From contig CBDCOH010000002.1 in the NCBI GenBank assembly GCA_965219685.1, positions 1,024,001 to 1,088,000 of the forward strand: a stretch of 64,000 nucleotides of DNA, read 5' to 3'. The stretch comes from Candidatus Spongiisociaceae bacterium. Its GTDB lineage: Bacteria; Actinomycetota; Acidimicrobiia; Spongiisociales; Spongiisociaceae. A program made the translations under genes and the position numbers. The notes beneath the pieces were generated by a model, which made no database searches, was not told the origin of the DNA, and worked only from the letters and a program-made list of their open reading frames with translations. This document shows positions 38,388-48,285 of the stretch, piece by piece (position 1 is the stretch's first letter; each line of letters begins with the position of its first letter).

Positions 38388-40202
38388 ATGGCGTTCCTGA
38401 TACCCGAGAACATACCGAGCCTGTCCACGGTGCCGGAGAGGCTTAGTCAGGTGGCGAGGGCGTTGAGGGATTTCACGCCCCACGACACGACTGTCTGGCT
38501 CAGGGACCAGGACGCGGGTGCCCCGTACCTGGAACTGCTCGATCCCGGGGCGGGGATCCTCGTAGTCCAGGCCCCGCGTATCAGGACCGTGACGCGCAGG
38601 CGCCGCCCCGGGTGGCGCACGTTCGACGAGGAGGAAGTCGTCCGGATACGGGACGACGTGGCTGAGCGTGCCGAGTACCTACGCAAGGGCGTCGACAGGG
38701 CTCTGGTCAGGTCACTGCCGGTGGAGCCGGTCCTGGCAGTCCCGGACCACGACGAGGTGACGGTTCCCGCCGTGGGTCCGAAGGATGCCAAGTTGCCCAT
38801 CCTGGCCCGTTCCGATCTGGCAGAGAGCAGTCTGCAGCCCGCGATCCGCCGGATTCTGGGGGCCACGGACCGCCCGGGGCTGAGTGCGCAGGAGGAGAGC
38901 CGGGCCCGGGCGGTGATGAACCCGGAGGTGGTCATCTCCCCGGTCGTCGTCGGATCCGGAGCCGAGGGGTTCGAGACCTTGCCTCTCTTCCAGGATCCCG
39001 ACATCGCGCCCGAGGATCTGATCCGGGTGATGGATCGCCAGCAGGAGCGGGTCTCGGAGCACCTCGGTTGGGGATACCGGATCCTGCGAGGAGTGGCGGG
39101 AAGCGGCAAGACGCTGGTGCTCACCCACCGGGTACGCCACCTGCACCGGTTCTTTCCCAACTACCGGATCCTGCTGCTCTGCTACAACCGCCTGCTCGCC
39201 AATGCGCTGCAGTTGATGGTTGATCCGAGCGAGCGAATAACGGTCACCAACATCGACCGGCTCGCCTACGATCTGGCCGGAACCGGGCGGCGCCCGTCCG
39301 ACTTCGGGGAGTTGCGGAGGTTGGCAGCGGAGAAGGCGGCCCGGCTCCCGGAGTCCCGGCGGTACGACGTGGTGCTGGTCGACGAGGCGCAGGATTTCGA
39401 TCACCCCGGCTTGGACCTTGCGTACTCGATGCTGAAACCGTCGCGCCGCGATCTGCGGGCCTCCGGACAGGGGATACGGTCCTACCGCGCCGGCCACTTC
39501 GTCATGGCGCTGGACAGTGCCCAGAACGTGTACCGGAGGAGCATGACGTGGAACCCTCCGGGGGTGACCGGCAGGGGACGCACCACGGTTTTCCGGCGCA
39601 ACTACCGCAACACGCGGGAGATACTGTCGTTGGCGTGGAGACTCCTCGAGGGAGCGCCAGCATGGTCGTCGGAGTCCCGCGCCTCGGAAGACGTGCGCGG
39701 GAGGATCTCGCCGGAGGCCGCCCCGCGGAGCGGCCCGATGCCCAAGTTGCTCGACTGTCCGCACCTACGGGGCGAGGCCGGAGCAATCGCGGACGAGGTC
39801 GAGCGCCTCCTCGACGACGGAGTGGACGTTGGGGAGATCGCCGTCATGTACGGCCATCACGATCTCGAGAACCGGCTGGAGCAGGAGTTCAGGCGGCGGC
39901 ACCTTCCCTACTTCCACGTCCAGGAGAGGGACAAGAGAGGTTACAAACCCAACCGCGACAAGGCTGTCAGCGTACGGGACAAGGTTCGGGTGTCCACCCT
40001 CCAGGGTCTCAAGGGTCTCGAGTTCAGCCGGGTCCTGATCGGAGGCGTCAACCAGGTCTACGTTCGTGACGTTCCCGAAGATGAGCAGGAGACCGCGGTC
40101 AAGCGATTGCTCTACGTGGCTATGACCAGGGCGATGGACGAACTCGTGATCACTGTCTCGGGTGACGGCGCGATGGGAAGCGCTCTGCGAGGAGTGCGCT
40201 GA
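38388..40202 (+). CDS. UvrD-like SF1 helicase/ATPase with degenerate NERD-like N-terminus
   Basis: GVAGSGKT, VDEAQDF, DSAQNVY, NYRNT, KGLEF, LLYVAMTRA. Confidence 0.87.
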   Translation: MAFLIPENIPSLSTVPERLSQVARALRDFTPHDTTVWLRDQDAGAPYLELLDPGAGILVVQAPRIRTVTRRRRPGWRTFDEEEVVRIRDDVAERAEYLRKGVDRALVRSLPVEPVLAVPDHDEVTVPAVGPKDAKLPILARSDLAESSLQPAIRRILGATDRPGLSAQEESRARAVMNPEVVISPVVVGSGAEGFETLPLFQDPDIAPEDLIRVMDRQQERVSEHLGWGYRILRGVAGSGKTLVLTHRVRHLHRFFPNYRILLLCYNRLLANALQLMVDPSERITVTNIDRLAYDLAGTGRRPSDFGELRRLAAEKAARLPESRRYDVVLVDEAQDFDHPGLDLAYSMLKPSRRDLRASGQGIRSYRAGHFVMALDSAQNVYRRSMTWNPPGVTGRGRTTVFRRNYRNTREILSLAWRLLEGAPAWSSESRASEDVRGRISPEAAPRSGPMPKLLDCPHLRGEAGAIADEVERLLDDGVDVGEIAVMYGHHDLENRLEQEFRRRHLPYFHVQERDKRGYKPNRDKAVSVRDKVRVSTLQGLKGLEFSRVLIGGVNQVYVRDVPEDEQETAVKRLLYVAMTRAMDELVITVSGDGAMGSALRGVR

Positions 40203-40242
40203 GCATTCGGGTTACTCCGGTCGCCGGGAGAAGGCAGGTCTC

Positions 40243-41010
40243 TCAGCTGGGCTCGAAGATGGTGAAGGTTCCCTTCTGGTCGTCGTTCACCACCGCGAAG
40301 CGGCCGACCATGATGTCGGTCACCGGGACGCAGACATCGCCACCCAGGCTCGTCACCTTGGCGGCGGTGGCGTCAGCGTCCTCCACCTGGATGTAGACCA
40401 TCCAGTGGGGCGGTATCTCTCCCCAGTTCTCGTCCATCTCCAGCATCCCGCACACCGGAAACTCGCCGATCGAGGCGAGGTGGTAGTCGCCGCCCTGAGG
40501 TATGGGCATGCTGCTCCAACTCCAGTTGAACAGGCTCGTGTAGAAGTTCTTGGATGTGGCGAGGTCACGGGTGTAGACCTCGTTCCAGGCCAGTGAACCA
40601 GGACTGCGGATGATCTCCGCCCCTCCGAACTCGAGGGCCTGCCAGAGAAACACCGAAGCGCCGGCGGGATCCTGCATCAACGCAACTCGCCCGTTGCCCA
40701 CATCGGCGGGTCCCATCATGAACGTCGCCCCCAGGGAGCGCGCGTGTTCGGCCGTGGCGTCGAGGTCATCGACGGCGAGGTAGGAGAACCAGTGGGGTGG
40801 GACCCCCTCGGGCAGCATTCCCGGCATTGCCGGTCCGAGCGCCCCTACCGCATTGCCTTCCAGGTTGAACACTGTGTACAGCATGCCCGAATCGCCCATG
40901 GGGGTGTCCGTCCAATCCCAACCGAAGAGACTGCCATAGAAAGCCTTTCCCCGATCCGGATCGGGAAGGTAGATGTCCATCCAGCAGAAGGTGCCGTGCG
41001 GATGCTTCAC
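40243..41010 (-). CDS. VOC family (glyoxalase/bleomycin resistance, CFP32-like) protein
   Basis: GTFCWMD, FYGSLFGW, PPHWFSY, duplicated VOC domains. Confidence 0.9.
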   Translation of the reverse strand: MKHPHGTFCWMDIYLPDPDRGKAFYGSLFGWDWTDTPMGDSGMLYTVFNLEGNAVGALGPAMPGMLPEGVPPHWFSYLAVDDLDATAEHARSLGATFMMGPADVGNGRVALMQDPAGASVFLWQALEFGGAEIIRSPGSLAWNEVYTRDLATSKNFYTSLFNWSWSSMPIPQGGDYHLASIGEFPVCGMLEMDENWGEIPPHWMVYIQVEDADATAAKVTSLGGDVCVPVTDIMVGRFAVVNDDQKGTFTIFEPS

Positions 41011-41147
41011 GTTGACTCCTTGTCGGTAGAAGTTACGCGCGCGGCGACCGGGGTCGCTGCGGCTCGTTCATCCTAAGCGGATTCGTGGGTTAGGTTGCCG
41101 GCCGCTCGGAGCGTCGGGTGCCCGGCCGCGTCTACTCCGAACCACGC

Positions 41148-42551
41148 TCATAGGTTCAGCGTCGCATCCCAGGCAGCCTGTCGTTCGCGGAGTTCGGCGT
41201 ACCGTTCGACCGCGGATCGGTCAGGTTCCAGTGGATCGCTCGCAGGAGGGGTAGGGACCCTCACGCCCAGGCGCTCCAGCACGAATACCGCGGCGCCGCG
41301 CAGAGAGGCTTCCGGGTCCGTGGCGGCCCGGACGGGGCGGCCCAGGACGTTTGCCAACCGCTCCAGTTCGGAACGCGAGCGGCACCCTCCGCCCGACACC
41401 ACGATATCCACATTCCCGCGGCCGACTACCAGGTCGGCGATCTCGGCGATGCGGCAGTAAGTCGCCTCGGTGATCGCCTGGTAGATGTCGAGGGCGGTGG
41501 TGGACTGGCGAATCCCGGTGATTGCTCCCGTGACGGACCCTCTCCAGCGCGGTGCCCGTTCACCACTCCAGTAGGGCAGCACCGTGAGTCCGTGCTCGGG
41601 AAGCGGGCGCGCTGCCATGGCGGCATCCAGCGCGTCTCTGTCCGGTAGCTGCAACTCGCGCATGCACCATGCCCGGACGTTTCCTGCGTTGGACGTCGCC
41701 CCCCCGATGACGAACCGCTCAAGGTCGAGGCGATACGTGAACAGACCGAACGGAGGGTCCGGGCCGGCTCGATCCGACACCACACGGAAGGCAGCCGAAG
41801 TGCCGAGGTTGATGGTTGCCCGAGGGTGGTGGCCGGCACCGCTCCCCAGGTTCGAAGCTGCTCCGTCCCCGATGGCCGGGAACCACCCGGCCGATCCGAT
41901 CGGGCCCTCCGCGGGATGATCAGATACGCGAGGCAGTTGGTCCTGCAAGATCCCGCACCGATCGAGGAGCGATCCGTGCCAGGTCGGTCTCCCGGTCTCG
42001 AAGAGCCCTGTGCCCGAGGCCATGGACACGGAGCAGGCGTTTCCGGCCCCCAACTGCCACCAGAGCCACTCCGCGGCGCCCAACCAGTGTCTGCTGGAGG
42101 AGAACTCCCGTGGATGGGTTCGGGCCAGCCACCGTAGCTTGGCCGGCCAGTACGAAGGACGGAGCATGCACCCGGTCCTGGCATGGACCCGACGCTCGTC
42201 GATCTCGGTCCTGAGAGCGGCTGCGTCCGGGGTCGAGCGGGTATCGGCCCAGGTGAGGATCGGTGTGGATGCCCTTCCGTCGCGGTCCGCCCCGACCAGC
42301 GAATGCCACATGCAGGATGCTCCAACCGCCCGGATCCGCGATACGTCCACCCGGCGCGTGCAGCGTTCGATGATCAGACCGACCGACTCGAGTAGTGCCT
42401 CGGGATCCAGGATCGCCCCGCCGTCTGACCCGGTGGCCAGACCGGTCGGAACGGAAGCCACGGACCAGTGCAGTGGGTTGGCGGCTTCGTCGAACAGAGC
42501 GGATCTAAGCCGCGAGGTTCCTATGTCCAGGGCGAGAATCAGATCACCCAT
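41148..42551 (-). CDS. FGGY family carbohydrate kinase (gluconokinase-like)
   Basis: ALDIGTS, MWHSL, TWADTRS, GDGAASNLGSG, GERAP. Confidence 0.88.
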   Translation of the reverse strand: MGDLILALDIGTSRLRSALFDEAANPLHWSVASVPTGLATGSDGGAILDPEALLESVGLIIERCTRRVDVSRIRAVGASCMWHSLVGADRDGRASTPILTWADTRSTPDAAALRTEIDERRVHARTGCMLRPSYWPAKLRWLARTHPREFSSSRHWLGAAEWLWWQLGAGNACSVSMASGTGLFETGRPTWHGSLLDRCGILQDQLPRVSDHPAEGPIGSAGWFPAIGDGAASNLGSGAGHHPRATINLGTSAAFRVVSDRAGPDPPFGLFTYRLDLERFVIGGATSNAGNVRAWCMRELQLPDRDALDAAMAARPLPEHGLTVLPYWSGERAPRWRGSVTGAITGIRQSTTALDIYQAITEATYCRIAEIADLVVGRGNVDIVVSGGGCRSRSELERLANVLGRPVRAATDPEASLRGAAVFVLERLGVRVPTPPASDPLEPDRSAVERYAELRERQAAWDATLNL

Positions 42552-42660
42552 CCGAGGCCCTCGTCATCGTTCAGGCTCGCCGATGGCGACGACGGAGCCA
42601 GAGTCCGGTTTCGTTGGCCGGCTGGACGCGACCGACACCGCGGCTCCCTGTCAGACGGAG

Positions 42661-43614
42661 CTAACCGCGCGGACCGCTGGCGGCTCTTGCCACCAGGGCT
42701 TCCTTGACCTGCGCGCCGGCCTCCATGTCGGAGGATCTCACCACAATGGAGTCCACTCCCAACGCCACCAGCCGTTCGAAGCCGGCCGCCACTTCGGCCA
42801 GCGACCCTACCTGCATGTACGGCGACGCCCTTACCTGTTCAGGGGGCACGGCATGCGCGGCGGCGACTGAGTCGACCAGTCCGGACGACCGGTCGTCCAC
42901 CGCGACCCGGAACAGGAGCATGTCGATGGCCGCGCTCCGACGGCTCTCCCGCCGAGCGGTCCGGACCTTGCGTTCCACCTCCTCGAATGTGGCCGCGGCG
43001 TTCGTGGCCGGCATGTCGGCGCGCCGGCCGCTGGCGAGGGAGATTCCGATGGACACCACATCCGCCAGTTCGGCGGCCGCTCGGAGCAGCTTCGGGCCTC
43101 CCCCGCCCACGATGATGGGCGGGTGCGGTCTCTGTACCGTCCGGAACATCGGTTTGAGGCGGGCCCGGTACCACTCGCCTTGATGGTCGACCTCCTCGCC
43201 GGTCCAGCATGCCCTCACGAGCTCCACCGCCTCGCGGAGCCTGGAGATTCGAGCTCCAGGGCGGTCCATGTCGAGACCCACCGCGCGGTAGTCGGCGGGC
43301 CACCAGCCGGCGCCCATCCCCAACTCGACCCGACCCTCCGACAGGACATCCAACGCGGCGAAGTCTCGGGCTACCAACGCGGGGTGCCGGAGGTCGTTGG
43401 CCAGCATGTATGCGCCGACGCGGAGGGATGTGGAGGTCGCGACCGAGGCCAGAGTGGGAACAGGAGATATCACCTCGTTGAAGTGGTCTGCAACGTAGAA
43501 CGCATCGAATCCCAGAGCCTCGGCCCGCTTTGCGACCTTGACCACCGGTTCCGGCCCGATCGGGGGCGCGAAGAGAACTCCGAACTTGGGAACCCTCCCG
43601 TCCAGCGTGCTCAC
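42661..43614 (-). CDS. LLM class (probably F420-dependent) oxidoreductase
   Basis: AEALGFD, ADHF, LANDLRHPA, LSEGRVELGMGAGW, QRPHPPIIVGGGG; start uncertain. Confidence 0.87.
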   Translation of the reverse strand: MSTLDGRVPKFGVLFAPPIGPEPVVKVAKRAEALGFDAFYVADHFNEVISPVPTLASVATSTSLRVGAYMLANDLRHPALVARDFAALDVLSEGRVELGMGAGWWPADYRAVGLDMDRPGARISRLREAVELVRACWTGEEVDHQGEWYRARLKPMFRTVQRPHPPIIVGGGGPKLLRAAAELADVVSIGISLASGRRADMPATNAAATFEEVERKVRTARRESRRSAAIDMLLFRVAVDDRSSGLVDSVAAAHAVPPEQVRASPYMQVGSLAEVAAGFERLVALGVDSIVVRSSDMEAGAQVKEALVARAASGPRG

Positions 43615-43864
43615 CACAGGTTCGATACAGCGTGTTGCGGCGGCTCCGCCGACCCGCACGGGGTCGGCCGCTCGACGCGTGTTTCCACCGTCTTCGTGGT
43701 AAGCCCGTGGACCTGGTCGACCTGCTCCAAGGCACGGAAGGTACCACGCCTCGCGAACCGCAGTCCCGTTCTCCGCCTGCCCGAGGAGGGTGCAGGGCCT
43801 CCCTTTGCGCCGATGCTCGCCCGGAGGGTCTCGCGGTCGGTGTCTTTCCACACGGGATCGAGGC

Positions 43865-45877
43865 TCAGCCCGTGACCTCGCTGAGTTCGCGCATCTCGCG
43901 TCGCAGTTCTGCTACCTCGTCCCTCAGGCGAGCCGCGTACTCGAAGCGGAGTTCCTTGGCAGCTTGGCGCATCTCGTCTTCCAGGCTCTGGATGAGGCGG
44001 CCCAGGTCCTCCCCGGCTAGTTCGACCGGGGCCCGGATCTCCGTGTCGTAGCGTCGCCTGTCGCGCTGGGCCGATCCGCCCGATGAGACCAACTCCAGGA
44101 TGTCGGACACCTTCTTGCGTATCGTCTGGGGATCGATCCCATGTTCCTCGTTGTAGCGCAGTTGCAGGTGGCGCCTCCGGTTGGTCTCGCCGATGGCTGA
44201 CCTCATCGAGTCGGTCACGTCGTCCGCGTACATGATGACCCGACCCGACACGTTGCGGGCTGCCCGGCCGATGATCTGGATCAGGCTGGTCTCCGAACGG
44301 AGGAATCCCTCCTTGTCGGCGTCGAGAATCGCCACCAGCGACACCTCCGGGAGATCGAGGCCCTCGCGGAGGAGGTTGATGCCCACCAGGACGTCGTAAT
44401 CGCCGAGGCGCAGATCCCGCAGCAACTGGATGCGTTCGAGCGTGTCGATCTCCGAGTGGAGGTAGCGGGCCCTCACGCCCATCTCCAGCAGGTAGTCGGT
44501 GAGATCCTCGGACATCTTCTTGGTGAGGGTCGTGACCAGGACCCGCTCGTTTGCCACCGCCTGGGCGCGGATCTCGTGCAGCAGGTCGTCGATCTGGCCC
44601 TTGGCGGGACGCACCATGACTTCGGGATCCACCAGACCGGTTGGTCGCACTATCTGCTCGACGATGTTGGCGGAGTGCCGGCGTTCGAAGGGGCCGGGGG
44701 TGGCGGACATGAAGACCACTTGGCCGGTCTTGTCCAGCCACTCGTCGAAGCGGAGCGGACGGTTGTCTACGGCCGATGGAAGCCGGAACCCGTGGTCCAC
44801 CAGCACGTCCTTGCGGCTGCGATCTCCCTCGTACTGGCCGTGTAGTTGCGGTATGGCGACGTGGCTCTCGTCGATGATCGTGATGAAGTCGTCCGGGAAG
44901 TAGTCGAGCAGCGTGTATGGCGCCTCGCCGGGGGCCCGGCCGTCTATGTGGCGGCTGTAGTTCTCGATCCCGGAGCAGAAGCCGACTTCCCGCATCATCT
45001 CCAGGTCGTAGGTGGTACGCATGCGGAGGCGCTGTGCCTCCAGGAGCTTCCCCTTGTGCTCGAGTTCGGACAGTCGTTCCGCCAGTTCCAGCTCGATTCC
45101 CACCATGGCCTTCTCCATACGCTCCCTCGTGGCGGCATAGTGGGTGGCGGGGTATACCCACAGTTCCTTCATCTGCTCGATGATCTCGCCGGTCAAGGGG
45201 TTCATGCGCACGATCCGTTCGACTTCGTCACCGAAGTACTCCACCCTGGCAACGGTCTCCTCGTAGGCTGGGAAGACCTCGAGCGTGTCACCCCTAACCC
45301 GGAACCGTCCCCGGACGAGGTTCACCTCGTTCCGCTCGTACTGGATGTCGACCAGCCTCCGGATGGCCTCGTGGAGGGGGTACTCCACCCCGGTCACCAG
45401 ACGCAGGACCTGTCCGGCGTACTCCTCGGGACTCCCCAACCCGTATATGCACGACACGCTGGCCACGATCACCACATCGTCCCGGAAGAGCAGCGACGAG
45501 GTGGCGGCGTGGCGGAGCCTGTCGATCTCGTCGTTGATGGTCGCATCCTTCTCGATATAGGTGTCGGTCTGCGGTATGTAGGCCTCGGGCTGGTAGTAGT
45601 CGTAGTAGGAGACGAAGTACTCGACCCGGTTCTCGGGGAAGAACTGGCGGAACTCGGAAGCCAACTGGGCGGCCAGGGCCTTGTTGGGGGCTATCACCAG
45701 CGCCGGTCTCTGGGCACCTTCGATTGCCCACGCGATGGTCGCCGACTTGCCCGATCCGGTTATGCCGAGAAGGGTCTGGAAGTCGTCTCCCCTTTCCACG
45801 CCTTCGACCAACGATGCGATGGCGGCGGGTTGGTCCCCCGCCGGCCGGAACTCGGAGTGGACGCGGAACTCGGCCAT
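43865..45877 (-). CDS. uvrB: Excinuclease ABC subunit B
   Basis: [40 protein letters not shown] domain. Confidence 0.98.
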   Translation of the reverse strand: MAEFRVHSEFRPAGDQPAAIASLVEGVERGDDFQTLLGITGSGKSATIAWAIEGAQRPALVIAPNKALAAQLASEFRQFFPENRVEYFVSYYDYYQPEAYIPQTDTYIEKDATINDEIDRLRHAATSSLLFRDDVVIVASVSCIYGLGSPEEYAGQVLRLVTGVEYPLHEAIRRLVDIQYERNEVNLVRGRFRVRGDTLEVFPAYEETVARVEYFGDEVERIVRMNPLTGEIIEQMKELWVYPATHYAATRERMEKAMVGIELELAERLSELEHKGKLLEAQRLRMRTTYDLEMMREVGFCSGIENYSRHIDGRAPGEAPYTLLDYFPDDFITIIDESHVAIPQLHGQYEGDRSRKDVLVDHGFRLPSAVDNRPLRFDEWLDKTGQVVFMSATPGPFERRHSANIVEQIVRPTGLVDPEVMVRPAKGQIDDLLHEIRAQAVANERVLVTTLTKKMSEDLTDYLLEMGVRARYLHSEIDTLERIQLLRDLRLGDYDVLVGINLLREGLDLPEVSLVAILDADKEGFLRSETSLIQIIGRAARNVSGRVIMYADDVTDSMRSAIGETNRRRHLQLRYNEEHGIDPQTIRKKVSDILELVSSGGSAQRDRRRYDTEIRAPVELAGEDLGRLIQSLEDEMRQAAKELRFEYAARLRDEVAELRREMRELSEVTG

Positions 45878-45889
45878 GGCATGAGAGTA

Positions 45890-45993
45890 GTGAATGGTGA
45901 ATGGTGAATGGTGAATGGTGAATGGTGAATGGTGAATGGTGAATGGTGAATGGTGAATGGTGAATGGTGAATGGTGAATGGTGAATGGTGAAT
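45890..45993 (-). repeat. Heptamer array (TTCACCA)~15 immediately upstream of the uvrB -10-like hexamer
   Basis: + strand (tgaatgg)n; TACTCT at 45884..45889, 6 nt from ATG. Confidence 0.97.
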
Positions 45994-45997
45994 TATG

Positions 45998-46579
45998 CTA
46001 GCAACTAGCAACTAAACACGCGATCAGTCTATCTACTTCGGTGGCGAGAGAGGGCTTGGTGCCGCTGTTGTCGAGCACCAGGTCTGCTCGCGAGAGCCAC
46101 TCCTCCCGGCTCGGCTGGGCGGCCATGCGTGCGTCGATGTCTCGGTCCGACATGCCGCGGTGTCTGAGCCGGCGCCTCCTCGATTCGGCGGGAGCGTCCA
46201 CCGCGACCCGTACCCAACTCGGATCGGCCAGTTCCTTGAGAAGCGGGATCTGCACGGCCGCCGGACGTGCGCCCACTTCAGTGGCCCAGTGTTCGACGAG
46301 ACGGCGGATCGCGGGGTGGGTGAGAGCTTCGAGGTCCGCCAAGGCAGACGGATCATCGAAGACGATGCGTCCCAGCAAACCCCGGTCCACCCTGCCGTCG
46401 ACAACAGCCTCGGGCCAGCGCTCCGCTACTTGTGCCGCCACCGGATGTCCGGCTGCCAGGACTTCGTGTCCCAGGTGGTCGGTGTCCAAGACCGAGAACC
46501 CCCTCTCGGCCAGCATCCGGCCGACCTCAGACTTGCCCGAACCGATGCCGCCGATAATAACGACGCGCAGCGGTCTCAT
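45998..46579 (-). CDS. coaE: Dephospho-CoA kinase
   Basis: GGIGSGKS, DRGLLGRIVF, LEALTHP, RMAAQ; located between rpsA and uvrB. Confidence 0.95.
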   Translation of the reverse strand: MRPLRVVIIGGIGSGKSEVGRMLAERGFSVLDTDHLGHEVLAAGHPVAAQVAERWPEAVVDGRVDRGLLGRIVFDDPSALADLEALTHPAIRRLVEHWATEVGARPAAVQIPLLKELADPSWVRVAVDAPAESRRRRLRHRGMSDRDIDARMAAQPSREEWLSRADLVLDNSGTKPSLATEVDRLIACLVASC

Positions 46580-46640
46580 GAAAGCTCCCTAAGTCAGGCC
46601 TAGCAGCCGATGCACCGGACCTTCCGATGGCAAGCCGGTG

Positions 46641-48062
46641 TCAGCGCCGCCCGATTCCCCGTTCCTTGAGTTCCTGCAGGATGGCCTCGAGTGACGCATC
46701 CACGTCGAAACTGCGAGGTTCCTCCCGCTTGTCCGCCCGTTCGAATTCGGAGACGGTGGGTCGGCGACGTCTCGGTGGGCGGTGGCCCGCCTGACGGGCC
46801 GTGAACTCCGGCAGGGCCTGCTTGATGGAGAAACTCACCCGGCGTCTACCCTCGTCCATCTCGGTCAGCTTCACCCGTACGTTCTGGCCGATTGACAACT
46901 CCAACTCCGGGGACTCGACGCGGTGCATGGCGATTTCGGAGACGTGCACCAAGCCCTCCACCCCGTTGCCGACGGCCACGAATGCACCGAACGGGACCGT
47001 CTTTATCACCGTGCCCTCGATGATCGACCCGACCTCGTGCTCGGAACTGAACGCCTGCCACGGATCGGGGGTCGTCTGCTTGATGGACAGCGATATCCGT
47101 TCCCGGTTGCGGTCGATGTCGAGAACCCTTATCTCGACTTTCTGTCCGACCCGCACGACCTCGGAAGGGTGGTTCACATGTTGCCAACTGAGTTCGGACA
47201 CGTGTACCAGTCCGTCCATCCCGCCGAGGTCGACGAACGCGCCGAAGTTGACCACGGACGACACGACTCCGGTCCGTACCTCACCCTCCGTCAAGGCGTT
47301 GAGGAAGGCGCTCCGCTGTTCGGCCTGGGCTTCCTCGAGGTAGGCCCTTCGGGAGAGAACCACGTTGTTGCGGTTCCGGTCCAGTTCTATGACCTTGGCC
47401 TCTATCTCCTGTCCGACGAACGGCTCGAGATCGCGGACCCGGCGCAGGTCGACGAGCGAGGCAGGTAGGAATCCACGTAGCCCGATGTCAACAATGAGAC
47501 CACCTTTGACCACCTCGATCACGGTTCCCCGAACCGTGCCCCCTTGTTCCCGGACAGCTTCGATCTGGCCCCAGACGCGTTCGTAGAGTGCCCGTTTCTT
47601 GGAGAGGATCAACCGGCCCTGTTCATCTTCCTTCTCGAGGACCAGGACCTCGATCTGGTCTCCGATGGACACGATCTCGCCGGGCGCCACATTCTTACGG
47701 ATGGATAGTTCCTTCAGCGGTACCACGCCTTCGGACTTGTATCCGATGTCGACCAGGACTTCGTCCTGCTCGATGTTCACCACCGATCCCTCGATGATGT
47801 CGCCCTCTTTGAACTCAAGGACGGTTTCGGCGATAGCTGCTTCGAAGTCCTCCGGACCGAGGTCGTCGGGCAGCGAACTGACGCTACGGGCCTTGATCGC
47901 CGGTGGACCTAGACCGGGCTGTGTTCCTGGACTTATCGCTACTGCCAGAGACGGAGCGACCGAGGGTGGGTTCGGGTTGTTCTCAGCCTTCGGTTCCTGG
48001 GCGGGAACCGGCCGCGGAGGGACGCTTCCCGTTGATCTGGGCGGGTTTGTCGACGGTGACAT
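46641..48062 (-). CDS. rpsA: 30S ribosomal protein S1
   Basis: Four S1 domains (DIGYKSEG, RGFLPAS, FGAFVDLGGMDGLVHVSELSW); start uncertain. Confidence 0.96.
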   Translation of the reverse strand: MSPSTNPPRSTGSVPPRPVPAQEPKAENNPNPPSVAPSLAVAISPGTQPGLGPPAIKARSVSSLPDDLGPEDFEAAIAETVLEFKEGDIIEGSVVNIEQDEVLVDIGYKSEGVVPLKELSIRKNVAPGEIVSIGDQIEVLVLEKEDEQGRLILSKKRALYERVWGQIEAVREQGGTVRGTVIEVVKGGLIVDIGLRGFLPASLVDLRRVRDLEPFVGQEIEAKVIELDRNRNNVVLSRRAYLEEAQAEQRSAFLNALTEGEVRTGVVSSVVNFGAFVDLGGMDGLVHVSELSWQHVNHPSEVVRVGQKVEIRVLDIDRNRERISLSIKQTTPDPWQAFSSEHEVGSIIEGTVIKTVPFGAFVAVGNGVEGLVHVSEIAMHRVESPELELSIGQNVRVKLTEMDEGRRRVSFSIKQALPEFTARQAGHRPPRRRRPTVSEFERADKREEPRSFDVDASLEAILQELKERGIGRR

Positions 48063-48285
48063 CTAGTGCTCTGCGCTACGGAGGGCCGGGGCTTCGGTAA
48101 TGCCGGACCTTTCGATGGATACTCGGGCCGGTTCAACGGCAATTTCAGATTCGAACATTAGTGGGTATGGACCTCCAGGCAGGAACGACCGCGCAGCTTT
48201 ACGCAAGGCCGGTGTCGGCAGGTTACCACCTTGGGCACGTCCTCTGCATCTCGTTTGAGAGCGGCGCTCCGAGTGATGCGCAGTT

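Noticed and set aside
43611-43864. Small ORF between uvrB and the LLM gene
   Set aside because: No recognisable motif, RBS or convincing start.
47880-48062. Pro-rich N-terminal extension of ribosomal protein S1
   Set aside because: The start codon is uncertain and low-complexity extensions are unremarkable without proteomic support.
48151-48166. LexA/SOS box (tcgaac...)
   Set aside because: Only one half-site is present, and it lies upstream of rpsA rather than a repair gene.
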